Below, one piece after another: positions 41,967 through 51,958 of a stretch of 64,000 bases of DNA. Below the pieces are notes generated by a model that was not told the origin of the DNA, did not search any database, and was given only the letters and a program-made list of their open reading frames with translations. Position 1 is the first letter of the stretch. Each line of letters begins with the position of its first letter. A program made the position numbers and the translations under genes. Source of the stretch: an uncultured delta proteobacterium (lineage in GTDB: Bacteria; Myxococcota; Kuafuiibacteriia; Kuafuiibacteriales; Kuafuiibacteriaceae); contig CAWDML010000009.1 in assembly GCA_963803435.1 (NCBI GenBank), positions 1,696,001 through 1,760,000 on the forward strand. Reading direction: 5' to 3'.

Positions 41967-43625
41967 GTGAACCCGAGACTGTGTTGCGTGCTCGCGGTGG
42001 GGCTCGCTCTGTCGGCCTGCATCGCCGAGGACCAGGACGACGCGCCGTGCACCACCGGATGTACCTCGACGGAGACCGAGCCGCCCATCGGTAGCCCCGT
42101 GCCCCAGGCGGACGAGGTCGCCGACCCGCCCGAGTGCACGAGCCGCGAGATCGGCGCGACGCGCGCCCGACTCCTGACGCGCTTCGAATATGACAACACC
42201 GTCCGCGATCTCCTGGGCGACCAGACCCATCCCGCCGCCGGCTTCCCGGCCGAGAACCGGATCCTCGCGTTCGACAACGACGGGCGGACCCACACGGTCA
42301 ACCCGCTCCTCGTCGAGCAATACCAGACGGCCGCCGAGTCGATCGCGCTGCGCGCCGCCGCCCGCGATTTCGACCAGCTCCTCCCCTGCAGCCCCAGCAA
42401 CGGCGCCCTCGCTTGCGGCCTCCGCTTCGTCGATGACTTCCTGCCACGCGCCTTTCGGGGGCCCGTCTCCGACCACGAGGCGGCCCCCTACGACGAGCTG
42501 ATCAAGACGGGGCTCCAGATCGGCACCTTCGAGACCGCCATCGGGATGGTGATCGAGGCGGCCCTCCAGTCGCCGCGCTTCCTCTATCGGATGGAGACGA
42601 CGGCGCCCAGCGACCGAGCGGTCCTGGCGACGCCGTACGAGATGGCGTCGCGCCTCTCCTACTTCCTGTGGGGCTCGATGCCGGACGAGGAGCTGCTGGC
42701 CGCCGCCAAGCGGGGGAGCCTGGCGGATCCGGCGGAGGTCGAGGCCCAGGCCCGACGGATGCTCGCCGATCCCCGCGCGCACGACTCGATCGTGCACTTC
42801 TTCATGCAGTGGCTCGACCTCGAGGGGCTCGACACGCTGCCCAAGGATCAGGGCGTCTTTCCGGAGTTCACGCCTTCGATGCGGCGCTCGTGGGTGTGGT
42901 CGATCCAGCGCTACCTCGAGCACGTGGTGTTCGAGCAAGGCACGGTCGAGACGCTGCTGACGGAGCCGATCGTCTACGTCGATGACGTGTTGGCGCCGCT
43001 CTACGGCGATCGCATCGACCCCACCCGGCGCGCCGGCCTGCTCACGCAACCGGCCTTGCTGGCCAAGCTGTCGCACCCCGATCAGACGTCCCCGATCCGT
43101 CGCGGGGTCTTCGTGCGCGAGCGGATCCTCTGCGAGCTCCTGCCTTCGCCGCCGAACAACGTCGACACCACGCCGCCGGACCCCGATCCCAACGCGACCA
43201 CGCGCGAGCGCTTCGCCGAGCACACGTCGAACCCCACCTGCCGCGGATGTCACGGCCTGATCGATCCCATCGGATTCGGGTTCGAGCAGTACGACGCGCT
43301 CGGCCGCTTCCGCGAGGTCGAGAACGGCATCCCGATCGACGCGAGCGGCGAGCTGACCGCCACCCGCGATCCGTCGATCCAGGGGCCCTTCGTGGGCGCC
43401 ATCGAGCTCTCCCGGCAGCTGGCGGCGAGCAGCGAGGTGAAGGGCTGCCTCGTGACCCAGCTCTTCCGCTTCGCGATGGGCCGCGCCGAGACCAAGAAGG
43501 ACGCCTGCTCGATCGAGCGGATGGGCGGCACGCTGGACGCATCGGGCGGCCGGATCGACGAGCTCGTGGTGGCGGCGACGCTGACCGATGCATTCCGAAT
43601 GAAGCAGACGGAGGAGGCCCGATGA
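41967..43625 (+). CDS. DUF1592-family lipoprotein (PSD/PSCyt domains) with CxxCH
   Basis: RLLTRFEYDNTVRDLLG, LQSPRFLYR, EMASRLSYFLW.SMPD, TSPIRRGVFV, CRGCH..IDPIGFGFEQYD. Confidence 0.9.
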   Translation: MNPRLCCVLAVGLALSACIAEDQDDAPCTTGCTSTETEPPIGSPVPQADEVADPPECTSREIGATRARLLTRFEYDNTVRDLLGDQTHPAAGFPAENRILAFDNDGRTHTVNPLLVEQYQTAAESIALRAAARDFDQLLPCSPSNGALACGLRFVDDFLPRAFRGPVSDHEAAPYDELIKTGLQIGTFETAIGMVIEAALQSPRFLYRMETTAPSDRAVLATPYEMASRLSYFLWGSMPDEELLAAAKRGSLADPAEVEAQARRMLADPRAHDSIVHFFMQWLDLEGLDTLPKDQGVFPEFTPSMRRSWVWSIQRYLEHVVFEQGTVETLLTEPIVYVDDVLAPLYGDRIDPTRRAGLLTQPALLAKLSHPDQTSPIRRGVFVRERILCELLPSPPNNVDTTPPDPDPNATTRERFAEHTSNPTCRGCHGLIDPIGFGFEQYDALGRFREVENGIPIDASGELTATRDPSIQGPFVGAIELSRQLAASSEVKGCLVTQLFRFAMGRAETKKDACSIERMGGTLDASGGRIDELVVAATLTDAFRMKQTEEAR

Positions 43626-44959
43626 ACCCGCTCACCCGGCGATCGTTCTTGAGAGGGGCCGGCGGCGCCGCCGTGGCGCTGCCGCTCCTGGCGAGCTGGC
43701 CGCGGCGCGCGTCCGCCCAGTCGGTGACGTTCCCCAAGCGGCTCATCGTCTTCTACACGCCCAACGGCGTGAAGCCGAGCGCCTGGTTCCCCACGGCCGG
43801 CGCCACCGAAACCGACTTCGTGCTGAACCGGACGCACCAACCGCTCGCGCCGTTCCGCGACCGCCTCCTCCTCACCTCCGGCATCGACATGGTCTCCGCC
43901 GACGACGGCCCCGGGAGCCCGCACCAGCGCGGCATGGGCACGGCGCTGACCGCGCGCCCGCTGCTGGAGGGCGACTTCATCGACGGCTGCGGCAGCGTGG
44001 CCGGCTGGGGGAGCGGGATCTCGGTCGACCAGCGGATCGCCCAGGCGATCGGCGGGAGCACACGGTTCGGCAGCCTGCAGCTGGGCGTGCGGTGTTACGG
44101 CGGCGAGGTCCGCACCCGGATCAGCTACCTCGACGCCGAGCAGCCGCTGCCGCCCGAGAACGATCCGACGGCGACCTTCGCGCGTCTCTTCTCCGAATAC
44201 CACGCCGAGCCCAGCGAGCTGCAGCGCCTGCGAGCCCGCCGCCGCTCGGTCCTCGACGCCGTCACCACCAGCTTCTCGGAGGTGCAGACCCTGGTGGGCA
44301 CCGCCGATCAGCAGAAGCTGGAGCGGCACCTCGAGTTCATCCGCGACATCGAGCACAGGCTCGACGAGCAGAACCTCCCCGGTGATGCCTGCGTGATCCC
44401 GAGCGCGCCGCCGGTGGTGGCGCCCAACGACGAGTCCACCATGCCCACGGTGACGCGGCTCCAGCTCGACCTCCTCACCATGGCCCTCGCCTGCGACATC
44501 ACGCGCGTGGCCACGTTCCAGATCGCCGAGTCGATCAACGCGCTCCGCTACCCCTTCGTGAACAGCTTCACCGAAGGCCACAGCCTCTCGCACGCGCCCG
44601 CCAGCGACACGGTCTCCGAGGAGGAGTGGATCCGCCGCGACGTCTGGCACGCCCAGCAGCTCGCCTATCTATTGAATGGAATGAGCCAGATTCAGGAGGG
44701 CGGCGGCACCCTGCTCGACAACGTGATGGTGCTCTGGATCAGCGACGTCGCCGTCGGCAACACCCACAGCCACGAGAGCATGCCCTTCCTCCTGGCCGGC
44801 GGCGGCGGCGGTACCCTCCGCACCGGCCGCTACGTCGAGCTCGCCCACCGCCCCCACAACGATCTGCTCCTCACCCTGCTCCACGCGATGGACGTCCCCG
44901 ACCCCACCTTCGGGCGCCCGGACATGACGCCCGCGGTCATCTCCACCCTGCTGGCCTGA
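43622..44959 (+). CDS. DUF1552 (HXXSHH) Tat-exported protein
   Basis: TRRSFLRG Tat motif; PKRLIVFYTPNG, ISVDQ, ALACDITRVAT, HSLSH, GTLLDN. Confidence 0.9.
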   Translation: MNPLTRRSFLRGAGGAAVALPLLASWPRRASAQSVTFPKRLIVFYTPNGVKPSAWFPTAGATETDFVLNRTHQPLAPFRDRLLLTSGIDMVSADDGPGSPHQRGMGTALTARPLLEGDFIDGCGSVAGWGSGISVDQRIAQAIGGSTRFGSLQLGVRCYGGEVRTRISYLDAEQPLPPENDPTATFARLFSEYHAEPSELQRLRARRRSVLDAVTTSFSEVQTLVGTADQQKLERHLEFIRDIEHRLDEQNLPGDACVIPSAPPVVAPNDESTMPTVTRLQLDLLTMALACDITRVATFQIAESINALRYPFVNSFTEGHSLSHAPASDTVSEEEWIRRDVWHAQQLAYLLNGMSQIQEGGGTLLDNVMVLWISDVAVGNTHSHESMPFLLAGGGGGTLRTGRYVELAHRPHNDLLLTLLHAMDVPDPTFGRPDMTPAVISTLLA

Positions 44960-44963
44960 AGAC

Positions 44964-46805
44964 TCACGGCCTCCCGCAGAGGTCGCCATTGCCGTCGGTG
45001 TAGACGCCCTCGCACAGACCGGGGACCGGGCAGTGCGCGGTCACCGTGACGCGGAATCGATAGGCCGTGCCCAGATCGTAGTCGTCGCGATCGAGATCCG
45101 ACATGCGGAAGTAGTGAGGGCCGTTGCCGGTGATCTCGCGGAAGACCACGAAGCAGTCGCCGTAGGCCTCGCCGAAGTTCTCGTTGAGCGCGTTGGCCGA
45201 GTCGGGGAACTGGCACGGGTTCGGATCTTCCCGCGGATCGCGGCACTTCTGGCCGTAGCCGCCGTAGGCCCGGCCGTCGCCGTAGAAGAACGCCTCCAGC
45301 TCCACCGGCGTGGCGCCGTCGTTCTCCAGGTGGAGCTCCACCAGCCAGTCGCCGTTCTGGCCGGCCGCGGCGCCCACCGGACCCGGGATGTCGAGCCGGT
45401 ACCAGTCGGTGTCGTTCACGTACGACAGGTAGCCCTCCATGGTCGCGTAGGTGATGGTGGTGCCGGCCGTGGATGTCACTGCAGGGGTCAAGATGGCGGC
45501 CGAAGGATCATCGGGCCCGTAGTTCTCGCGGGTGTCCGGCTCGGCCGGCAGATCGATCGTCACCTGATAGGGGGTCGCCAGATCGAAGTCGTTGTCCTGC
45601 TGATCGCGCACCAGCACGTAGTAGATGCCGTTGGTCAGCGCCACATGGGCGGTGGTCAGCGTGGTCGGGCCTAAGGTGCCGTCGCGGGTCACGCGGAGCG
45701 CCTTGCAGAGATCGCCGTCGGTGTTGAGGCAGATCCAGTCCCGGCCGTTGGGTGCCAGGACCTCGAACGCGAGGTCGACCTCGGAGGCGGGCATCGAGGC
45801 CTGCACCGTGATCAGGCGGGGCGCGTTGGTGACCTGGATCGAGTAGTAGTCGAAGTCGCTGGTGGCGGCGACGTAGCCGTTGATCACCTGGCCCGCGGTG
45901 ACCCGGGTGGCGGTTGCGGAGGTCTCGTTGGGCGACGTCAGATCGTTCTGATCCGGCTCGTTCACGAACGAGACCGTCAGCACGTAGAGGCGGGCCAGAT
46001 CGGCGTTCCGGCCGTCGTCGTCGGCGACGCGGATCAGGTATGTCCCCGCGGTGTTGCCGACGGCGCGGCTCTCCACCCGCCACATCCCGGTGGCCGGCTC
46101 GGTCGAGAGCGCGATTCGATTCGTGCCGGTCGCGTCGAAGAGCGCCCACTGGAGCTTCACCGCCGACTGGCCGCTCACCGTCATCGCGATCTGGAGCAGC
46201 GTGTTCGCCGGGACGTCGATGGTGAACCAGTCCTCGTCGCCTTCGAAGCCGATCGTCCCGCTGGCCGCCACCCCGGCGGACAGGGGCGTCGCCATCGCGG
46301 GCGCGTCGTTCGGCTCGTTGGTGTCCGTCTCGTCGAGGATCTGGACCGTGATGTAGTACGGGTTCAGGCGATCCTGGTTGTCGTTGGCGACGTCGCGCAC
46401 GACCACGCGATATTGACCCGCGGCCGGCGCCACCAGCTGGAGCTCGACCCGCTGCCGGCCGTTGCCCGTGTGCCGATCCGTCGCCAGCGACTGCATGTTC
46501 GGATCGAAGAGCACGACCTCGAGATCGATGGGGCTGATGGTCGCGTCGTTCTCGACCACCACGTTGAGCACCTTCCCGGCGCTGGGGACGTCGAAGACCC
46601 ACGCGTCGCTGTCACCGATCGGCGCCACCCAGTCGGAGCCCTTCACGCCCGGCTCCAGCGCGCAGGGGGCCTCGCTCGAGCACCCGTCGGGGACCTCGCC
46701 GGTGTCGGTCGGTCCGGCGTCGAAGGGGACGTCGTCGTCGTTCATCTTGGCGCAGGAGGCGCTGGCGGCGACCAGGGTGGTGAGAAGAACGGTTCGGCTC
46801 AGCAT
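44964..46805 (-). CDS. lipoprotein with repeated PPC-like beta-sandwich domains
   Basis: SASC lipobox; repeated G.I...GD.DW[FY] and EPND motifs (about 4 repeats). Confidence 0.78.
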   Translation of the reverse strand: MLSRTVLLTTLVAASASCAKMNDDDVPFDAGPTDTGEVPDGCSSEAPCALEPGVKGSDWVAPIGDSDAWVFDVPSAGKVLNVVVENDATISPIDLEVVLFDPNMQSLATDRHTGNGRQRVELQLVAPAAGQYRVVVRDVANDNQDRLNPYYITVQILDETDTNEPNDAPAMATPLSAGVAASGTIGFEGDEDWFTIDVPANTLLQIAMTVSGQSAVKLQWALFDATGTNRIALSTEPATGMWRVESRAVGNTAGTYLIRVADDDGRNADLARLYVLTVSFVNEPDQNDLTSPNETSATATRVTAGQVINGYVAATSDFDYYSIQVTNAPRLITVQASMPASEVDLAFEVLAPNGRDWICLNTDGDLCKALRVTRDGTLGPTTLTTAHVALTNGIYYVLVRDQQDNDFDLATPYQVTIDLPAEPDTRENYGPDDPSAAILTPAVTSTAGTTITYATMEGYLSYVNDTDWYRLDIPGPVGAAAGQNGDWLVELHLENDGATPVELEAFFYGDGRAYGGYGQKCRDPREDPNPCQFPDSANALNENFGEAYGDCFVVFREITGNGPHYFRMSDLDRDDYDLGTAYRFRVTVTAHCPVPGLCEGVYTDGNGDLCGRP

Positions 46806-46808
46806 CGA

Positions 46809-48593
46809 TCACTCCTCGCGCGGAGGCGGAGCACCGGTCGTGCAGTCACGATCCGGATCGAACTCCGTCGGGTACTTGAACGCGTCGGGCCACCCGTCTC
46901 CATCGGCGTCATCTCGCGGGATCTCCACCTCTGGATACGGCGGATCGCGGAAGTCGGGATGGACGAAGACCTGCTCGACGCAGGCGATGCGGAAGATCCC
47001 ATAGTCGCTCGGGTCGTCGAACGGCGCCTGATCGACGTAGATGTAGATGCGGTTCCGACCTCCGTCGGCCGTCCCGGCCAGGGTCACGTTGTCGACCCGG
47101 AAGTCGTAGCAGCTGCGGCCGTCCGTGAGGGCCTGCACGCGCGGATCATCGGGACCCATGTCCTCCAGCCCACGCTCCACCACGTCGTAGCGGTACGCGA
47201 TCGCCGATCGGTTGGCGGCGTCGTTGATCACCGGGTCCGAATGGCCGCGGATCTCGTCCGCGTTCCGCGCCGAGTCGAAGTCGAGATCGGCGCGCGAGTC
47301 GTCGGCGGCCGGGTTGGTCCCGTACCGCAGCTCGATCGAGTCCGGAACGCCGTCGGCGTCCGAATCCGCGAATGCCTTGTGGGTGCCGACGAAGCGCTCC
47401 TCACAGTCGAGCAGGCCGTCGCCGTCGCTATCCATGTCATCGATCCCCGGCGTGCAGTCGGCGTCGGTCGGATCGAGCGGATCGAACCCCGAGGCGCCCA
47501 GCCGGACCTCGAGGAAGTCGTTGAAGCCGTCTCCGTCCGTGTCCTGGGAGAGGATGTCGGTGCCGTACAAGCGCTCCTCGTCGTCGTCCAGGCCGTCGCC
47601 GTCCGAGTCGGGGCTGGCGCGTCCGATGCGGTCCTCCGGTGTCACGAAGAGGAGCCGGGGCCGCGCGTTCGTGTTCGTGACCAGCAGGTTCTTCAGCGTG
47701 AAGACCCGCCGGATCGAGGTGAAGTCGATCTTGAGGAAGTTGATCTCCTCTCCGTTTGGGAAGCTGCGGAAGGTCCCGTTGCCCGCGTCCGACATCGCGG
47801 TCAGAAGGCTGGTGGCCTCGTCGATCACGTTGACCCAGACGCAGTTGCCGACCTGCTGGCAGGCCTGCGCGCTGGTGGCGGACTGGCACGCCGGATCACC
47901 GCCCTCGAGATCGTCGTCGGTGCAGCGCGAGCCCACGCCCACGGCCCCGAGCAGCAGCGCGGTGTGCAGCCGGATCTCCGCGGGGCGGAAGATCCGCTTG
48001 AGGTCGGAGATGTCGTTGACCAGATCGAGGATCGAGCTGCGCGTGTTCGTCGGCGGCGTTACCGGGTTGGGGAGACCGTCGGAGAGGAAGATGATCACGT
48101 ACTTGGAGCGGGACAGATCCTCGTCGCTGGTGTTCATCATGTCGCGCGCCAGCACCAGCTGGATCTCGTTGAGCGCACCCTCGTAGTCCGTCGGCTGCTC
48201 GGCCTGTCCCAGGCGAACGATCGCGTTGTTCAGGTCCGTCGGGTCCCGCGTGAACCCGGGCACGCCGCTGTCGGGATCGGTGGTGAGCACGTTGACGGCG
48301 CCGGAGAACTGGACCACCGCGAACTCCACGCCCGGATCGCTGATGAAGGCGTCGACCACCTGCTGGACGGCGACCAGCCGCTGGCCCGTCGGATCGGTCT
48401 GGATCATCGACTGGCTGGTGTCGACGACGAACATGATCTTCACGGGGAAGTTCAGGCGCGTCGGGTCCTCGGTGCAGAAGCGCGACTGGATCGCGAGCTT
48501 GTTGTCGATGGGTCCGTCGCCCAGCCCCGGCGCCCGATACAGGCCCACGTCGGTGCACGCGGTGAGGCAGAGGAGGATCGCCAGCCGTCTCAT
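46809..48593 (-). CDS. vWA + thrombospondin type-3-like Ca-binding repeat lipoprotein (MtsD-like)
   Basis: LTAC lipobox; FPVKIMFVVDTSQSM MIDAS; IIFLSDG; DSDGDGL/DTDGDGF repeats. Confidence 0.85.
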   Translation of the reverse strand: MRRLAILLCLTACTDVGLYRAPGLGDGPIDNKLAIQSRFCTEDPTRLNFPVKIMFVVDTSQSMIQTDPTGQRLVAVQQVVDAFISDPGVEFAVVQFSGAVNVLTTDPDSGVPGFTRDPTDLNNAIVRLGQAEQPTDYEGALNEIQLVLARDMMNTSDEDLSRSKYVIIFLSDGLPNPVTPPTNTRSSILDLVNDISDLKRIFRPAEIRLHTALLLGAVGVGSRCTDDDLEGGDPACQSATSAQACQQVGNCVWVNVIDEATSLLTAMSDAGNGTFRSFPNGEEINFLKIDFTSIRRVFTLKNLLVTNTNARPRLLFVTPEDRIGRASPDSDGDGLDDDEERLYGTDILSQDTDGDGFNDFLEVRLGASGFDPLDPTDADCTPGIDDMDSDGDGLLDCEERFVGTHKAFADSDADGVPDSIELRYGTNPAADDSRADLDFDSARNADEIRGHSDPVINDAANRSAIAYRYDVVERGLEDMGPDDPRVQALTDGRSCYDFRVDNVTLAGTADGGRNRIYIYVDQAPFDDPSDYGIFRIACVEQVFVHPDFRDPPYPEVEIPRDDADGDGWPDAFKYPTEFDPDRDCTTGAPPPREE

Positions 48594-48595
48594 CT

Positions 48596-50413
48596 TCAGG
48601 GCGCCTCGCCCGGAGGAGGCGTCAGCCCGACGCACGCCTCCGGAGTCAGCGCCTCCGGAGCATAGAAGTCTTCCGGCTTCAGCTCCACCACCCCCGACGG
48701 CGGGTCCTTGAAGTCGGGCGCCACGTAGCGCGCGTTCACGCACGCGACCTTGTAAGCGCCGTAGTCGGCCGGATCGTCGAAGGGCGCCTCGGCGACGTAC
48801 ACGAAGATGTCGTTCCTGCCGTAGCTGTCATCCTCGCCCGGGCGCGCCAGCGGCGTCCCCAGCTTCACGTTCTTGACGCGGAAGTCGTAGCACTTGCCCC
48901 CCTCGTCGTTCATCCCGGCCTCGTCCGTCCGATAGCGATACGCGAGATCGGGCCGCTTGGAGGCCTCGTCGAAGCCGATGCCGCTGTGGACCCGGATCTC
49001 GTCGCCGTTCCGCACGCCGTCCAGATCGGAGTCCGCCAGCGCGTCGCTCTTCGAGGGATCCGTCCCGGCGATCAGCTCGAGGCCGTCGGGTACGCCGTCC
49101 GCGTCCGTGTCGTAGAGCTCCGACGACGTACGGAGCAGCAACTCCTCGCAGAGCAGGAGGCCGTCGGCGTCGTTGTCGGAGCGGTTGTACGCCCCGTCGC
49201 AGCCGGGGTTGGGCACCAGCGGGTCGAAGCCGTTTCTCCTGAGCGCCCACTCGATCGTGTCCGAGAAGCCGTCGTCGTCGGTGTCCCTGAGCAGGCGGTT
49301 CATCCCCGCCTCGAACTCGACGGCGTCCGACAGCCCGTCCCCGTCGCTGTCGAGCGTCAACCCCTGCGGCGTGGCCATCAGGTTGGAGTTGGAGACGATC
49401 AGGTTCTTGAGCGCGTTCTCCCGCTTGATCGACGAGAGGTCGAACCCGAGGAAGTCGATCTGCTCCGCAGACGAGAAGTCGCGGAAGACGCCCATGCCCA
49501 GCTGCGCCATGCCTTTCAGGAGATCGATCGCCTCGTCGCGACACACGAAGTCGACCGGACCGATCGAGTAGCAGCCGTTGGCGTCGAGCATGCCCACCAG
49601 GTTCGGATCGAAGAGGAAGGCGGTGTGCATCCGGATCTCGCCCACCTGGAAGTTGAGACCGAGGTCCATGATGTCCTGGACGGCCGCATAGATCTGATAG
49701 GGCTGGTTGTAGTCCTCGCCGGCGGCGAAGAACGGCAGCTGCGTCGGGTTGGTGCGGATCGCGTCGGGATCCTCGCAGAAGAAGATGTTCTTGCTCCGCG
49801 AGCAGATGCCCTGCGCCTCGCTGGCCATGCTGCAGCACTTCGGGAAGGGCTCGCCGTCGGAGAGGAAGAGGACCACGTACTTGGTACGGGCGAGCTGCGC
49901 CTCGCCGGAGGCGAGCATGTCGCGGAGGAGGATCTGGTAGGCGGTCGCGAGCGCGCCCTGATAGTCGGTGACGCTGTCGGCGACGCGCAGGCCCTGTACG
50001 GCCTGCTGGAGGACGGTGGTGTCGCGGGTGAACGCGTTCGAGAGGTCGACGCCGTAGGGATCGTCGGCGGTGATGTCGGAGCCCGGCTTGGTCAGCACGG
50101 CGTCCGACTCGTTGAAGCGGATGATGCTGAACGACACGGCCGGATTGGAGAGGAGCCGCAGGATGGCCTCCTCGGTGGCGAGCGCCCGATACGTGGGGTT
50201 GTCGACGAACTGCATGCTGCCCGAGCCGTCGATGATGAAGAGGATCTTCACGGGGAAGTCCGTCTGCTCCGGGGGATCGGTGCACACCTGACCCGCGATC
50301 TCGAGGAGGTTGTCGACGATGTTCACCTGGATGTCGTCGATCGCCTGCAGATCGGTGCGCGTGCATCCGAGCGGGAGCGAGAGAGCAAGGAGGAGCAGCA
50401 ACCGTGTGCGCAT
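48596..50413 (-). CDS. vWA + thrombospondin type-3-like repeat lipoprotein, paralogue of the adjacent gene
   Basis: PLGC lipobox; FPVKILFIIDGSGSM; VLFLSDG; DSDGDGLSD repeats; shared APFDDP.DYG motif; GAGGGAG SD. Confidence 0.85.
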   Translation of the reverse strand: MRTRLLLLLALSLPLGCTRTDLQAIDDIQVNIVDNLLEIAGQVCTDPPEQTDFPVKILFIIDGSGSMQFVDNPTYRALATEEAILRLLSNPAVSFSIIRFNESDAVLTKPGSDITADDPYGVDLSNAFTRDTTVLQQAVQGLRVADSVTDYQGALATAYQILLRDMLASGEAQLARTKYVVLFLSDGEPFPKCCSMASEAQGICSRSKNIFFCEDPDAIRTNPTQLPFFAAGEDYNQPYQIYAAVQDIMDLGLNFQVGEIRMHTAFLFDPNLVGMLDANGCYSIGPVDFVCRDEAIDLLKGMAQLGMGVFRDFSSAEQIDFLGFDLSSIKRENALKNLIVSNSNLMATPQGLTLDSDGDGLSDAVEFEAGMNRLLRDTDDDGFSDTIEWALRRNGFDPLVPNPGCDGAYNRSDNDADGLLLCEELLLRTSSELYDTDADGVPDGLELIAGTDPSKSDALADSDLDGVRNGDEIRVHSGIGFDEASKRPDLAYRYRTDEAGMNDEGGKCYDFRVKNVKLGTPLARPGEDDSYGRNDIFVYVAEAPFDDPADYGAYKVACVNARYVAPDFKDPPSGVVELKPEDFYAPEALTPEACVGLTPPPGEAP

Positions 50414-50439
50414 GAGCGATGTCTCCCTCGAGAGCCGTA

Positions 50440-50479
50440 GAAAACCGAAAAGGGCGGCGGTCCCGAAGGACCACCGCCC
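50440..50479 (-). terminator. intrinsic terminator/attenuator with cUUCGg tetraloop between the TSP3 gene and the vWA genes
   Basis: Minus strand GGGCGGTGGTCC-TTCG-GGACCGCCGCCC then TTTTCGGTTTTC. Confidence 0.75.
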
Positions 50480-50521
50480 GAGCAAGTTAGAACCTCAGAG
50501 AAGTCGGCTCAAGTCACGAGC

Positions 50522-51841
50522 TCACTTCCTCCGGCGGAGCACCATCACCAGCCCCATCATCAGGAAGGCCACGGCCCCGAAGCCGCTGCCGCCCTTCGAA
50601 CCCACACACACGCAGCCACCACCGCCTTCACCTTCATCCGCGGTGAGCTTGAAGGTGGTCCGGCTGGTGTTGTTCTCCGGGAACTTGTCGTCCGGGAAGA
50701 TCAGCTCGGCCGACAGCTGCAGCTCGTAGTCGCCGGGGACGTCGGGCTGGAACTTTGCGATCTGATCCTTCAGGTAGTGGTACTCGTAGCTGGTCGAGTA
50801 GGTCACCGAGCCGCGCGGATTCTGGATCTTGGCCGAGCTGTTGTTCGGCTTCGAGACGATCGTCCAGGTGTAGCGCATGGCCACGTCCTCGCGGTTCGCG
50901 AAGATGTGCAGGCGGTGATCCTCGCCGATCGTGATGCGGTCGTCGGGCTGCGACAGGACCTGGAAGGTGAGCGCCGGGTCGAGGCAGAGGTCGGTCGAGC
51001 GGCCGGGGAAGATGACGTAGCAGGCCCGGTCGTCGCAGGCGTCGCCGATGCCGTCACGGTCGCTGTCCGCCAGGTCGCCGTTCGCCTTGCGCGGGCAGTT
51101 GTCGAGCAGGTTGGCCACGCCGTCGCCGTCTACGTCGCCGTCGCAGTCATTGCCGACGCCGTCGCCGTCCATGTCGTCCTGCGTGGTGTTGTAGACGCCC
51201 AGGCAGTTGTCGAGGCTGTCGGGGACGCCGTCCATGTCCTCGTCCGTGTCGCAGTTGAGACCGGCCGTGATGGACTGATCCGGGTTGTAGCCGTTCGGGC
51301 AGTTGTCGGCGCCGTCGAGGATGCCGTCGTTGTCATCGTCATCGTCGCAGGCGTTGCCGAAGCCGTCGCCGTCGCTGTCGATCTGCGAGGGGTTGGCCAC
51401 GAGCGGGCACAGGTCGACGGCGTTCAGCACGCCATCGTTGTCGATGTCGTCGTCGCACTCGTCGCCGAAGCCGTCGCCGTCGATGTCGCTCTGGAGCGGG
51501 TTGGCCGCGTTCTGGCAGCTGTCACAGGCGTCGCCGATGCCGTCGCCGTCGACGTCGCTCTGGTCCGGGTTGCTGGCGAACGGGCAGTTGTCGTAGTCGT
51601 CTTCCCACCCGTCGTTGTCGTAGTCGTCCGAGTATTGGTAGGTGTCGCCAATGTCGGTGTTGTTGATCAGGATCGAGCCACCGCCGCAGCCGCAGCCGCC
51701 GCCGCCCGATTGGTTGGGAGTACCACACAGACCTCCGGAGCACTCACCTTGGTTGTCTCCGGAGTTCTGCGCCCACCCGCTGGCCGAGACCAACTGGGCG
51801 AGCGCGAAGATCGACGAGGCCGCGAGGAACTTCTTGCTCAT
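50522..51841 (-). CDS. thrombospondin type-3 repeat protein with MYXO-CTERM-type tail (MtsC-like)
   Basis: Signal peptide; many DNCP..N..Q.D.DGDG.GD.CD repeats; PKD-like domain; GGGCVC..TM..RRRK tail. Confidence 0.88.
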   Translation of the reverse strand: MSKKFLAASSIFALAQLVSASGWAQNSGDNQGECSGGLCGTPNQSGGGGCGCGGGSILINNTDIGDTYQYSDDYDNDGWEDDYDNCPFASNPDQSDVDGDGIGDACDSCQNAANPLQSDIDGDGFGDECDDDIDNDGVLNAVDLCPLVANPSQIDSDGDGFGNACDDDDDNDGILDGADNCPNGYNPDQSITAGLNCDTDEDMDGVPDSLDNCLGVYNTTQDDMDGDGVGNDCDGDVDGDGVANLLDNCPRKANGDLADSDRDGIGDACDDRACYVIFPGRSTDLCLDPALTFQVLSQPDDRITIGEDHRLHIFANREDVAMRYTWTIVSKPNNSSAKIQNPRGSVTYSTSYEYHYLKDQIAKFQPDVPGDYELQLSAELIFPDDKFPENNTSRTTFKLTADEGEGGGGCVCVGSKGGSGFGAVAFLMMGLVMVLRRRK

Positions 51842-51853
51842 GCCCGGGCCTAG

Positions 51854-51869
51854 TACAAGCGACGTGCCA
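51854..51869 (-). promoter_or_regulatory. sigma54-type -24/-12 promoter TGGCACGTCGCTTGTA
   Basis: One mismatch to TGGCACG-N4-TTGC; immediately upstream of ATG 51841. Confidence 0.6.
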
Positions 51870-51911
51870 GCCGTGCAGCGGCCCGGTTCAGCCGTGCGAC
51901 GTGCCCAACCC

Positions 51912-51958
51912 GGGGGCGGTGGCCCCCAACCCCACCGGTTTCGGGGGCGCCCGCCCCC
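51912..51958. promoter_or_regulatory. twin 16-bp palindromes GGGGGC-N4-GCCCCC (candidate enhancer-binding-protein sites)
   Basis: 51912-51927 and 51943-51958, 31 bp apart, about 70-115 bp upstream of the sigma54 start. Confidence 0.5.

Noticed and set aside
50950-51630. Repetitive GTCGCCGTC-rich DNA resembling an array
   Set aside because: Encodes thrombospondin type-3 DxDxDG repeats; no identical repeats with unique spacers, so not CRISPR
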